64,000 bases of DNA, from positions 620,001 to 684,000 of the forward strand of contig MU058456.1 in the NCBI GenBank assembly GCA_013265495.1, read 5' to 3'. The notes beneath the pieces are model-generated. The model was not told where the DNA came from, ran no database searches, and was given only the letters and a program-made list of their open reading frames with translations. A program made the translations under genes and the position numbers. This DNA is from Vicugna vicugna. Its lineage: Eukaryota. This document shows positions 25,570-37,860 of this stretch, one piece after another. How positions within the stretch are numbered: the first letter of the stretch is position 1; the number at the start of each line of letters is the position of its first letter.

Positions 25570-26200
25570 ATTGACTGGCGAGGTGTTTATGTAAATGAAT
25601 TGGCTTTCACGCTGGGAGGTGTAAAGTGTTCCCCTGCAGTGGCTGGAGAGCAGCCGCCCAGCGCCCTCCACTTCAGGTTTTCCGAGGCGTGCGTATTCTG
25701 CTACATTCTTTTCTTTGATGGCATCAGGAAAGATGAGCTCCAGGCGTGGTTGTGCTGCTTGGCTGGCCAGCTGTGCCCTAGCTTTTCACTGTCCCAGTTT
25801 GCAGCTGCCTTTCACAGAGGTGTCTGTCACCGCCGATTTACTTAGCCACTTTGACCTTATCATTGCTTCCGAAGGGGCTTGACCCAAAGCCACTGCTGAA
25901 AGCCATTTTCTGGTCACCTAGAATGCCAGGGCCAGTGTTTTGAAGAAGAAGGAAAAACAGGGATCCCACGGTTTCCCGTCTATTAGCAAGAGCCTCCTCC
26001 ACCTGGATAAATGCACTAGGTGGCCGAGCCCACTTGCTGCGCTCTCCCAGCGAACTGCAAGCATCCGTGATCCCCGAAGTTACTGGAGTGAATAACTAAG
26101 CGGGACCAGCTGACTCTGGGCTCCAATCAGCTAGAGCGTGATGTAAGTGTTTAGCAGCTGCCGGGCTGTGAATTAGCGTGCCGAAGTCGAGGTAGTACAG
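25570..26200. promoter_or_regulatory. CpG-enriched, repeat-free putative enhancer
   Basis: About two dozen CpGs in about 620 bp (eye count) against a CpG-poor background; AGGTGT T-box-like half-sites, a TGTTTAT FOX-like site and CTCF-like GCACTAGGTGGCC at 26013. Confidence 0.45.
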
Positions 26201-28241
26201 CATGGCTAGACTGTTGTGAGAGGCTCAGAGAAAGCGGAGGGGGAGATGGATGAGTCCAGCATTCTAAGACGAAGAGGGCTCCAGGTAGGAGATCCTTCCA
26301 TTCTTGAAATACACGTTTGCCAGCGGCCAGCCGTGGAGGATTTCAAAGTTTCCTTTTCATTCCTTTACTGGGCACAAATATGTGCACAGTTCCTGGTATC
26401 CACTTGGCAACATGATACGCTAAGTCTCTGGTTACAGGGTTCAGTGACACACCACAGAGTTCAGTGAGAAAGGCTCTTTTGTCAGAGACAATAGATAGGA
26501 CTTGTAGTTTGATACTTTGTGGGTTGTTTGTGTTTTCTGCTGGTTGTTTGAGAGTAGTTAAATCGTGGCTGGCAGTGACAGCTGATGAGCCGGTTTGTTC
26601 TGTCAAGAGTCAGGGAAGTCTGTCGAGGGTAGCCACTCTGTTCAGCTCTGGGAACACAGGACTGAGTTTTGTGCCGGGATCAGCCTGGGCAGCAGCGTCT
26701 GTTTGATCACCTTGCAGATGTGTGCAGCTGCTGGGGGCTTTCCTCCTGCCAGTGAGAGAAAGTTTCTGCGGGCAGCTCAATCCAAGTTCCCTGTAATTTG
26801 TTTATGTTGAGATAAGGAGAGATCCCTATCTTACTGCCTTGTGCTTTGTGCCCAAGTTTCTCTAATTAGATTACTCTGACTTTAGTGTACAAATGTATTC
26901 CAAGTTAAAACTTGGCAAATCCGGAAATGTGGAAAAAACATCTGCTTGGCAGTTTGTAAGTTTCAGGAAGCCAAAACATAAGTATGTTCAAAATGAATAC
27001 GTTTAACTCCTTGGTAACTCTTTTTTTCTGGGTGTAAGTGATCGTTTTTCTCTGTGAAAGAATCTCATCATCAGTAATTGTTAAACTCTCATTCATTAAT
27101 TTTGAAATTAAAAAAAAAACGTGCTTGGGAAGACTGAATATACGGTACATGTAGAAATGTTTCCATATATTCCTTGATGGTCTTTGACGCATAGCTGGTC
27201 TGGCTGTCTGCTTTTTATTTTAAATGTCAGTTACTAATGTTATTTGTATTACTCTAATATTATAATAATATTATAGATAAACTAAAGGATTATTTGTAGG
27301 TAAACAAAAGAGGGATTAAAAAAGTTGGGGTTAAATGTCATCTATTGTTCCAAACCTGAGTAAACAGACTGCCTTTTTAATGATTTTCAGTGTGGTCATT
27401 GTTTTGAATGTACAGTGTGGTTAGTCACTGCTGTGGATTTCCTTTTCTTTGTTTTCATCACATCTATAAAGTTCTGGTAATGCACAGCTGTTTGTGTGGG
27501 TCCACGTCCTCTTTGGGGTCACTGGTTAAATATGGAAAGGCTCTTTGTTAAAAAGATGATAAACTCTATTAAACTCCTAATGGTTCAGATTATTAGTAAA
27601 TTGATGGCAGTTCTGCTGAGAGTTTTCTCTTTCATTTAACCCATTTTAGATAATTTAAGATGTATGTTTGATAAGAAACTCCTTTTTGTGGTATATTTTT
27701 ATAATATGTGTCATCACAACTTCAGAGGGTGTGACTGAGATATACAGTGCTTTTGAGGAGTGTGAATTTCAGAGAACTTTTAATTTTAGAAATAAACATT
27801 ATTGTGGCTATTTAAAATAATGGAGCTATTTTTGATTTAAAATTTGCAACAAAACAAAGGAGACATTGCTAGTTAATATAGCACTTAGTCTGTCAGATCT
27901 TCATTGTACTTAACACACTTGTATTGTACTTGTCCTACTCCACTTATAACAGATGAAGAGTGTCTGTTTTCTGTTATGAATGAAGCAAAGTCTCCACGCT
28001 GTGAGAAATAGCAATATAAAAGTGCTTAAAATTTCTGCCACCTCACAGTTACAACTTTATTTTGGCTTAAACAAAGCCTGTAATTCTTTAACTCCCATTA
28101 TACCTAATATGTTTTTAAAAGACATTTCATATAAAGAGTAGCTGTTTTAAGAGATTCCAGTATTGGGAAACTACTTACAAAATACGAGGTGTAAGTACAT
28201 ATTTGTAGTACGAAAGATGTCACTGTAGAGTTTGTAAGGGC

Positions 28242-28257
28242 GACGCCACCTAGTGAA
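28242..28257 (-). promoter_or_regulatory. CTCF binding motif
   Basis: gacgccacctagtgaa reads TTCACTAGGTGGCGTC on the minus strand. Confidence 0.55.
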
Positions 28258-28324
28258 TTGAGGATTTAAGTTAATGTGCAGATACATACTCTGAAACATT
28301 TTGACAGGCAAATGAGGTACGCCC

Positions 28325-28562
28325 CGTAGTAAAGCTAGGCTGAAATACACACTTTTGCATTCCTGATTCTGACCCTGTGTTGCTTGGTAATCTTGAGCAA
28401 GTCACATACCCTCTTGGTGTCTGCTTTTTCTTCTGTAAAAGACATGCTGTAAAATAGGACTTTAGAGTGTACTAAACAGGAGATAGGAGTAACTGAATTT
28501 TAAAGTTAAAGGTCATGTTATAAATACACTGGCATACAGTAGGTCTTCCTAAGTATTGCTAT
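28325..28562 (+). mobile_element. MIR SINE (degraded)
   Basis: atcttgagcaagtcacataccctct..ttcttctgtaaaa..ctggcatacagtaggtc. Confidence 0.55.
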
Positions 28563-30592
28563 GGAAAAGCAGAGGGTAATTTCTCTTCTCTATAATATGC
28601 TATGTCATTACTAGTGAGATGAAAGTTGTTTTTATTCCATATCTGCTGTTTGGATTTACCTTTAATTTCGAAGAATCATCAGTAAAGGCAGTTAGCATTA
28701 CTTTATAAGGATCATTATGACAGAATATAGGCTATTATCTAATAATAAGAATCTGTTGGTCTGTTACACTGAAAATGTCAGATGCTACAACTAGAACCTA
28801 TCAGTTCTTTAAATAACTTAAAGCCTAGTGCCCAGAATCTGGAGCACACAGATATTCTAATTCCCTAAACTTTAATTTTGCAATAGTGCAGAGTGTGTTT
28901 AGTATAGAATAATGCAGTGTGTGTTCAGAACCTGTTTTTAGAATTCCTCCAGTTCTTAAAACACAGGCTTCCTAGTAGTGTTCTTAAAATTTGGACTTTG
29001 AGAAATTATTTTTAGTCAGAACAGATAATTTCTCAAGGCATGACTACCTCATGAAATGACGGCACAACTTGGTTGTTCGTCTGAAATGACGGCACTTTTC
29101 CATCTTTTCTGTGGGCTGTATTCATATTTCCAGTACTGCTGATAGCTCTTCACTCACCGCCTTTGAAATGAGAATGAGGGAAAGAGGCCCCAGTGGCTTC
29201 CAGCCTTGGAATCTGGGAAACTTTTCAGATTGCATCTCAAAACATGGGAAATGCTGACGGATGGATGGGCTTGAGCAGACCTTGGACTCGGGGCAATTTG
29301 AATTTCTAGACAGGCCTAATTCGTCAAAGGATAACTGGTTCCTTTCGGGCTTAATATCCCTCATACAGGGATCGAATTTTTTTAACTGTCAGAGAAATTA
29401 ATTGTTTCAGTGATTTCCATTATGTGTTTCCCTTTTATTTGTTTTAATGAAAGTGTCCCTATCCCTAATGGGATAGATCCCAAGGCAGGAGGAAAATGAA
29501 CTACAGGCATCATTAAAGCAGGAAGGAGGCACCGAGAGAGGGAGGGGCATCCCAGAGAGGCCTCCTGCCATTCCTCTCCTGCCATCTCTTGTGCTTTGCT
29601 TTGCTTGGTAGCACCTTCTGTTGATTTCCCCCCTCAATTAAATATTACCATTTCAGTCCACTGTCACAGGCAGCTGGAATGTTAAGAAAAATGTTTTTTC
29701 CTATATGTTGCAGTTGACAGCTAAATATTTATAATTTAGACTTCTAGATTTGTATTTAGGTTTTTGTTTTGTTTGCTTCTCTTTTCCCTATACCTCACCT
29801 CACCCCCTAACCATATCTGAAACAACAACCAAAACCTAACATTCTTACCTTGACCTGGGCTCTGATTTTCCACTGGTCTTGATGTGGAACTCAGTCATAG
29901 GAAGCGAAGAAGCAGGTGGACTCTCACATTCTCCCTGGGTTATCAAATGACCTCTGTTGGGCAGTGCTGGGGTGTAGGTCATTTAAGTCATTGTGTCTCA
30001 GTGTTTCTTCTGTGTCAACTTTAATGGGTGTGTTTACACTCTACCATTGCTTGGGAGTATTACTCTGTCCTTATTCACTTGAAGACTCCCGGTGGTTATA
30101 GGAAAGAGGTCTAGTTAGAGAATTATAATAGAAATACAATAATAACACTTTGGGATAAGGTACGTTTGTTCTCAGAGGTTCCAGGAAGGCACAGAGATGA
30201 CTTTGAGACAAGTGATCAAGATGATCCATGAACTTCTGGTAGTGGTGAGTCCTCATCGGTTAGACTCGTTGCAACCATATCCGAGTGGAGCGGTGTTACT
30301 TACCCACTGAAGGAGCTGAATTTCTGCCTCTGACATAGAGATAAAATACTGTAGTTTTGGTTTCCTGATCCGCAGGAAGTAAGGATGGGGTGCCCTAAAA
30401 ATCTTATGTTCACTTAGATTTCTATTTTGTACTCTAAGAATTATATTCCTAACAAACCCTTTTTTCAAAACAACATCAAATAAACAAATTTAAATACTAG
30501 CTCCTCTTTGACACCTTCTCATTCTCTAGTATAATTGTTAGTAAATCAGAAAATTGTCATCTCTGTATTTCTGTCAATGAAATACTGATTCT

Positions 30593-30709
30593 GGGAGGGG
30601 AGGAAGATAATAGATCAGAAGGAGAGCACATGCTTAGCATACATAAATTCCTGGGTTCAATCCCAAGTACCTCTATTGAAAAAAAAGTTTTTTAAAAATT
30701 AAAAAAAGA
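30593..30709 (+). mobile_element. Diverged Vic-1 type SINE with 13-bp TSD
   Basis: gagagcacatgcttagcatacataaattcctgggttcaatcccaagtacctc plus A tail; TSD aaatactgattct (30580-30592) / aaatactgagtct (30710-30722). Confidence 0.85.
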
Positions 30710-31279
30710 AAATACTGAGTCTATAATTTGGACCCGATTGCCACCTTTGACTTAGTCTCGTCCGTGCCTGCTGTCACCAAGCCTTGTCAGTTCTCCCATA
30801 AAAATATGTCTAGACTCCAAGCCTACCCTCTTGCACACCTAAATATCTGAATTGTCTGGACCCCTCTGTGTCCAGGCTCTTCTCCAGTTCATCCTGCTAA
30901 TGAGCCTAGACTCCCACATCAATCCTTGGTTTGGAATCCTGACTTTGCATCGTCTACTTCAGGGCAGAGGATAAGTGCACATGACTCCCTCTGACTCAGC
31001 CTCAGTCTACCTCCTTGCCTTCCAAAACCCTGATGCATCGCCCCCTCTCCAGACTTGATATATCCCCTTTGTCTACAATATCTTTTCCCTATTTTGCCAA
31101 AATTCTTCCTGCTCATTAGGGACCAAAGTAAATTACAATTTTTTTTCCTGAAGTTTTCCATAATCACTAAATTCCATCCTGAATTTCACAATAGTCATTG
31201 TCTGTTTCATTTATTTGCACACCAGACCCTATTGCATGATGCATTAATTTAAAATGATATGAGTGTCGTCCACTGAGGA

Positions 31280-31440
31280 TTCGTGTCCAGTGACGATGAC
31301 TAGCTCTGTAACTTTAGAGAAGTTTCTTAACCTCTCTGATCTCTGTGTCCATGTCTGTAAAACAGAGATAATACGTGTTTAACAATGGAAGGTGGTTGTA
31401 AACCTTTAGCCCAGCATCTGGCTTGTAGTACTTATTCAGT
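31280..31440 (+). mobile_element. MIR fragment
   Basis: actagctctgtaacttt..aagtttcttaacctctctgatctc..tctgtaaaacagagataata. Confidence 0.65.
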
Positions 31441-31508
31441 TCACCTTAGTTCACTGCCCTCTGTGTTGGCACGGAGCTTTGTATGGTATGGTTTTAAATA
31501 ATCAAATA

Positions 31509-31971
31509 TGGATATCAGGCAAGGTTCAGGCAATAAAAAGATGGTGAGCATGAACTGGATAACCTGAGGAGAGTTAAATAAAAGAGATGGTTTAAAAGGT
31601 ATGAGCAGGGTATGGAGAAAGTTGAAGTGCAGTAGTACCAGGGGCTGGAAGCAACAGGAGGCCGTTACCTTCACTGGGCCTGAAGGAGGGAGGGGGGAGG
31701 GAGCACTTACAGAACCTGGAGACAGAGAAGACATGTGACAGGTGCTTAAGAGAAGTCACAGCCCCTGGTGGCTCTGCAGGGAGGACGAAGGGGACTTCCC
31801 AGCCTTATTTTCCTCTGTCCTGCTGAACTCTTGCTGGTGCTCCTTATTAGCAAAACCCAACAGAAGCCAGAGGGGTGTGGGAGCCCCTCGATGTGGCCCA
31901 TGCATACGAACTCCAAGACCCAGGGGAGGGTGGAGCGTAGATCTGGATGGGCAGTTGAAGTATATGCCACA
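31509..31971 (-). mobile_element. ERVL solo LTR (LTR41/LTR33 family)
   Basis: ggataacctgaggagagttaaataaaag..gtaccaggggct..ggcctgaagg..gggagggagc..cagaacctggagacagag..aacccaacagaagccagaggg..gatctgga..gccaca. Confidence 0.75.
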
Positions 31972-33351
31972 TGGTTTAGAAAGAGCAAATATGCTTCTAG
32001 CGTTTGCCAGCCACAGCCAGTGTTCAACTTTCATAGCACAGATCTTCGGGGCCTGCACTGAGTTCAAGCATTTGAAGAGATTCAGAGCTGCTTTTTGTGA
32101 AAAGTCATGGCCTGCACCTGTTTCCCACTTTGGTGTCATGGTGTCTCTCCAACCAGGCTCTTAATCCTCCTAGGAAAATGTTAGTTCTTTCCCTCCTGCT
32201 TTAGTATCTAAAGCACATGGGGCCCCTTTGAGCCCATAATGCAGGGTGTCTGCCCTCCAAGTCCTGCAAGCAGTCTCAACTTTGAATTGCTCTGCAGATC
32301 CTGGCTGTGAAGTGACAGGTGACAGCCATTGCCCAAGAGACCGCTTACTGTTCATCTCCCAGATTCCCTGAGCTCTGCCCTCCGGCAGATCCTATCACAC
32401 TTAGACTGTCCATCTCTGCTCCTCTCTGAATCCCTTTACAGAATTACAATTTCCCATTATGTCCCTGGCTTTTATTGAGGGTTGCTAAGAGAAATGGCTG
32501 TGAGAGAATCTTTGCACGTTTTGTAAAAGTCCCCTTGAAGCCTTATCCATTATGTTGTGCAATGTCTCTTCTATTAGGCCCACATGATAAATTTGCTCTG
32601 AGTTCAGTTCTTCAAAAATTTCTTCCTCCCTAGGTTTGCTTCTTTTAATCAGGTAATGAGAGCTGGAGGCGTCTTCATTTGTGTCTTAGCCAATCAGGAC
32701 AGAGTTTCATACTCAGTTGTGATCATTTTGTAGATTAAAATGAGCCACCACTTCTTCACTGTTTAGCTCTAGTTCCTTCTTTTAAGAATTGTGTAGTTTT
32801 ATTTATCATATCTTTTAAAAAATCTTCAGTTGCCTGAAAAGATTTCTCAAAGCAGGTAGGACCTAAACAGTTAATAATGTTGCATTTAAAACATAGCAAA
32901 TAATGAATAATGTTAGAAGAAGACAAAAGGAAACTAAAAGACCAAATAGTCAATAAACTAGATAAACTATAAAAATTGAGAATTCCGTGAACTTACAGAG
33001 ATCAGTATGCAAGCAGGGACAAGTCATTTAATGCTGGCACCAGAGTCTAAGGAAATCAAATAGGGTGTTGGAATTTACTTGAAACTTAACATTTCAAGTA
33101 AATTATGAGTCACCATAGGTTTTTAAAGTGTCTTAGAAATGGTATATTTGTCTTGGAAGCAACAAAAGCATGGAGATTGGCAACCGACTTGTAAGACACA
33201 CATTAGAAGACAACATTGCCATTAAAATCATGCTTTTGACAAGTAGTTAATAATATGGGCAAAAGCTTGACAATAACGTCAAGGAAAAGAACAGGTTACT
33301 AAACTGTATACATGATGTGTATAGACTTCTGTGAAAGTGTGCAGCATACAT

Positions 33352-33382
33352 GTGTGTGTGTGTGTATGTGTGTGTGTGTGTA
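33352..33382. repeat. Interrupted (TG)n microsatellite
   Basis: tgtgtgtgtgtgtgtatgtgtgtgtgtgtgta. Confidence 0.9.
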
Positions 33383-33443
33383 CAGGTTAGCCCTGTGGTA
33401 GGGAAGGAGAGAGCATGTGTGGGTTTTGGAGTATTTAAGGCCA

Positions 33444-33560
33444 TCTGTGCCACTTAGCTGTATGGTGGTGGCCAGGCTAGTTAATTCCTCACCAGTAAAA
33501 TGCACTTAATTGCAGAATTGCTGAGGGTGAATTAAAATGAGATATGAAAAGGCGAAACAA
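33444..33560 (+). mobile_element. MIR fragment
   Basis: tgccacttagctgt..ttcctcaccagtaaaatg..attaaaatgagatat. Confidence 0.5.
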
Positions 33561-34729
33561 TAGCCATCATTTGTGACATTCATTAAGAACCTGTTTTCCT
33601 TTTCTTCATTATCATCTAAAATAACAGTAAGAAGATGGACCAGAATTTTAATTTATTATATCTTGGTGGTGGGATCATAAAAATTTTTTCCTTGAACTCT
33701 TCAATAGTGAGCATATATGACTTTTATAATTAGTTTAAAAAGTGGGTTTGGGGGGCCTCTTTTAAATTTTTTTGTTTCATTGTCTAAGGAAAAACTTTAT
33801 ACCACCCAGGACCATCAACGGGAGACTCATAAAGGCTGTGTGTTATCTTTGCATCCCTTTGGAACTGAGAAATGGTAAATCAGTTCCATGTGAGGCATTG
33901 CTCCAAACCTTAGGACAGTGGTCCCACGGGGTTGCTGTTTTGAACGACCTGGAGCGCTTTCTGAAGCCAAAGGCCTAGACGCGACCCTCACCAGTTACAT
34001 TAGTGTCTCTTGGTGGTGTGCTGCCAAGGTCGAGACCTACTGCGCCTCGGGGATCGTGTGTCCAAAGAACTCATACGTCACAGCACACACTACTTGTGTG
34101 TCCCCAAATGTATGGTTTGACAGCCTTTGAAAGGTGCCTCCCTTCTTCCAGTGAGATGGGGTTTGTTTCTATAGAGAGATGGGTGAAGGGGGCTGGTGTA
34201 CCCATTGTATTTGTTTCTTGTCTTCTCCAATAATGGCAAAGATAGTGATGAGAGAGCTCAGATCATCAACCAGTCCACCACAGGGGTCAGTTCTCACTGC
34301 AGTGTGGCTGGAGGCAGCTGTAGATCATTAGGACCCAGGGTACTGGTGGTGTCTGGGTGCAGTTTTACGTTTTTTAAATTGCTGGCACACGGCTTGTGGT
34401 TTACATCAGGAAACCACCTCTGGGGCATGGTAAGGAAGTTGCTTTACCCCTCGAAGTGTTCTAATGCTAGAGATAACACCTGTGATTTGGATCCCTTATC
34501 ATGATACACTTCAGTAAGGTACATGTTTGAGTTCTCAAAACACTGGCTATGTTACTTAGACTCTGCATGCAAATGCTTTTGATTCGGGCAGTCAAGGAAA
34601 AAAATTCATTCTCTGCCTTACTTTCAATTAATGTTTGATAATAATATGAATAACAACAGCAGCATATGTTGAACAGGTTTGTGTCAGAGGACGGAGTGTT
34701 GAGTTTTAAATGTACTACTGCTGCACTTT

Positions 34730-35530
34730 TACCCTGGGCTCTTGCAGTAGAGAGCTGAGTGGAGTATGGGACTGACCTGTCGGGGGTTTGTAACATGGTG
34801 GGGGAGACAGACAGCAGTCTCTGTAACAGCAAGTACTGTGACCCACGTCGGGCATGGTGCCTGGGCACCGGGGACGGCTGGTGCCTCTGCTGCAGGAGGC
34901 CAGGAAGGCTTTGTGGAGATGAGGATACTTGCGCCAGATGATGAAGGATGAACAGGTGCCGATTAGGCAAGGGCCTTGCAGGGAGGGGAAAGAGCAGTGT
35001 GTGCAAAGGTGTGGTGGCCACATAGGGTGCGTCCTTTTCAAAGTTCTGCAGATAGTGCATGTGAGAGGTGGGAAGTGACGAGCCGAGTCCCAAGAAGGAT
35101 GCTGTACTGAGGGATCTGGACCTTAGTCTAACTGTGGGAAGCCACTGGGAGATTTGAAGCGAAGCACGGAAATGTTTTACCCTCAATCATTAATGAAGAA
35201 TGCCTGGGAAGCCCAGAACACACTGAAGGCGGCATTCACAGGACATGACGACCTGTTGGGATAGTTGGGAAAAGAAATGGAAGGAGCTGGCGGTGACTCC
35301 CGGTTTTCAGGCATTAGTTTTGACTAGAAACAAATGGAGCAAGAAATAAAAATGCTTTGGATGGTGAGAGGATGGTTAGTTGGTTCTGTGCATCTTGAGT
35401 TTGAAACACCTCTGGAAGCTTTTAAGGTAGAGATGCTCAGTAAGCAGCTGGACCTAAGGGCTTGGACTTCCAAAGAGAAGTCAAGTCTGGATATAGATTC
35501 TCAATTCATCCCCTTTAAATAATTAATTGA
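34730..35530 (-). mobile_element. L2 LINE fragment
   Basis: tgaaggatgaacagg, agcagtgtgtgcaaaggt, gggaagccactgggagatttgaagc, tgactcccggttttc, ttgagtttgaaacacct..gtagagatgctcagtaagcagctgga. Confidence 0.75.
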
Positions 35531-36689
35531 ACTAGACTGTGAATAAAGAGAGAGCACAATTTCTCTCAGGCTAATAGAGTTCCGTTAGAATGGTTCTCAA
35601 GAATTACCATAATGTGTATTTTAACACTTACTTTGCAGGACTGGTTAAAATTACATAGAGAGCAAAGTAGTTTTATGGTTTAGTGTCAGGCCTTGAAAAT
35701 AATGTATCCAATTTTGAAGATGTGTATTTTTTTTTTTGCAAATTGCTTCCAACATTGACAACTTGCCTACAAGTCTCATTCCAATACAATTTTGAAAAGG
35801 CAGAATGAAATATCTCAAAGTAGAGGCTGTAATGGAAAAAGCAATTCATTCTTAAATGAAGATGATGAGGTTGCTGCCATATTGCTTGAAACAGTGGGTG
35901 AATTTAAAACCTGAGTGAGATTACATCAGCTCCAGCCAAGATTTTTGTTCCATTTGAATGGAATACCCGTAATTGAAGATTGGGGGTTTCAACAAGAAAG
36001 ACACATGGCGTATGTACAATTTTATCAATTCTCTGACACACTGTTTTCAATTTGTGTTTGGATACACAAAGGCATTAAATCATACTGATTAAAAACCTGA
36101 ACTTTTTTTGGGGGGGGGCAACAAATGAAGGTACAAGCTTAACTTTATTAGCTGCAATGCTTGATGAGTTCCTACCACGTAATTTAGTATGTTGAGGACA
36201 TGCAAACCTTCAGGAAAGTGGTGGGGAGGTGGGGATAGAATGGATTACAATGAGCTGAAATGACTGTAGGAAACATTACTTTTTAATGGTTTTTTTTCTA
36301 GCTTAGGGCTCAAAGTTAGATATCAACCAGGCCTAGAAATACTTCATTTTATAAGATTTTTCATCATAGTGGTATTTTTCATGATGAGATATTGATGATT
36401 TTCTATTTTCTAATTGTCTCTTCTCAAGTTTGTCATGAAGCATTGTCATGAAGGTGAAGATGGAATAATAACATTGATTTGACTGTTCTACACTTTCCCA
36501 TTAAAACTTTATTCCAAATATAAATTGTTAAGCTCATAGATTCCTTTTCCATTAAGTGTTGAGCAATCTAGACTAAAAGGCATTATGGTAAATACAAATT
36601 GAATTTGGATAGTGTGATAGATTCAGTTAGACTCTTTAATTTTTCACTCCTCTGAAATAGAAATACAAATCTCTTGCCTAGACCTCACG

Positions 36690-37034
36690 GCCCTATGGCA
36701 GATAAACACCCCCCCCACCCCCAATCAACACCAACTTAACTTTGCGCTCAGCTATGTGACTTACCAACCTATGAGTGACTGTGTCACAAGCAGAGGCTTG
36801 AAATATGGTTGTGTGGTTGGACTCGCCATCTGCCCTGCCCTTGGATGGCCTGCCATGAAAGGAACATGTCCGAGAATAAACCCCGGTGGAGCTGGCCCAT
36901 GTAAACCTACTGCCAGGAGCCAAGCCCAGCAGAACAGCAGTCTGCCTCCAGCCCTGTGAATGGCTCTTGTCATTAGCCGCTAGCTGTGTGGTGGGCTGTT
37001 TCCGAGTACAGTGATGGCAGTGGTGACTAATACA
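36690..37034 (+). mobile_element. MaLR LTR (MLT1H-like)
   Basis: gtgtcacaagcagaggcttgaaatatg..tgccatgaaaggaacatgtcc..ggagccaagcccagc..gactaataca terminus. Confidence 0.65.
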
Positions 37035-37039
37035 GAAGG

Positions 37040-37290
37040 CAGACTTGTGTTGTGTGGTGGAGAGCAGAGGCCTGGAAGCCTTCTAGACTTCTCTCTGAAT
37101 GTTGATCCCCCACCTGCTGGGTTTACTCTCCTGGGCATGCCACACTCTTCTATATTTCAGTTGTGCCATCAATAAAATGAGAATATCACTTCCCTCCCAG
37201 GAATGTTGTAAAAATAAGACGCATGCATGTCAGTGACTGAACAGTGCCAAGCAGATAGTAAGGACACTGTAAGTTGTTGGGCCCTTGTTA
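37040..37290 (+). mobile_element. MIR SINE
   Basis: gtggtggagagcagaggcctgga..ctgggcatgccacact..ataaaatgagaata..tgaacagtgcc..agatagtaagg. Confidence 0.6.
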
Positions 37291-37339
37291 CCTGTGTTTC
37301 TAGATGGTTGAGCCTTCCTCCTCCTCTGTTGGCCTTGGA

Positions 37340-37860
37340 CCATGTGGCTCTGCCACATGCTAGCTGTGGGGCTCTGGAGCAGGTTAAATTTTCTCTGAGG
37401 CTTGGTTTCCTTTCCTAGCACGTGCAGATACTAACACTTAGCTGGCGGGATTACTATAAGGACTACAACAAAGGTAGGTACCTCTCTGTTTTAGTTGAGG
37501 CTGCCCTAACAAAGTGATGGATGGGGTGGCTTAAACAGCAGAGGTATATATCTCATAGCTCTGGAGGCTAGGAGTCCGAGGTCAAGGTGCCATATCTGAT
37601 GACAGCTCTCATCCTGGTGGAGAGATCTCCTGTCTCTTCCTCTTTTTATAAGGGGATTAATCCCACCATGAGGGCCCCACCACTGTGACCTAGTCTCACC
37701 CTAATTACCTCCCAAAGGTTCCACCTCCAGATGCAATCACATTAAGGCTTCAATATTCAACATAGGAATTTGGGGGGGGAGGGGGTAGGGGAGGACACCA
37801 GCAATCAGCCCATAGCTCTAAGCATGGCTAGGTGAGTAAGTACTTAGTAAAAGTAGCTTT
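37340..37860 (+). mobile_element. MIR split by an MLT1A insertion
   Basis: gctctgccacatgctagctgtg..gcaggttaaattttctctgagg..tttcc before the LTR; agcatggct..gagtaagtacttagtaaaagtagct after it. Confidence 0.5.
37487..37817 (-). mobile_element. MaLR solo LTR (MLT1A-type)
   Basis: ggctgccctaacaaa..ggtggcttaaacagcag..ctggaggctaggagtccgaggtcaaggtgcc..atgagggccccacc..cctaattacctcccaaagg..aatttgggggg. Confidence 0.85.

Noticed and set aside
29052..29095. CRISPR-like repeat-spacer unit
   Set aside because: Only two 14-bp repeats, a mammalian genome and no cas genes
31755..31780. CTCF site in the LTR41-type LTR (CCACCAGGGGCTG on minus)
   Set aside because: The core is one G short of consensus, too weak to call
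33925..34085. CpG-containing patch as a processed pseudogene
   Set aside because: No recognisable protein, poly-A tail or TSD
34467..35186. 239-aa ORF as a gene
   Set aside because: Non-ATG start, overlaps a decayed L2, no recognisable domain
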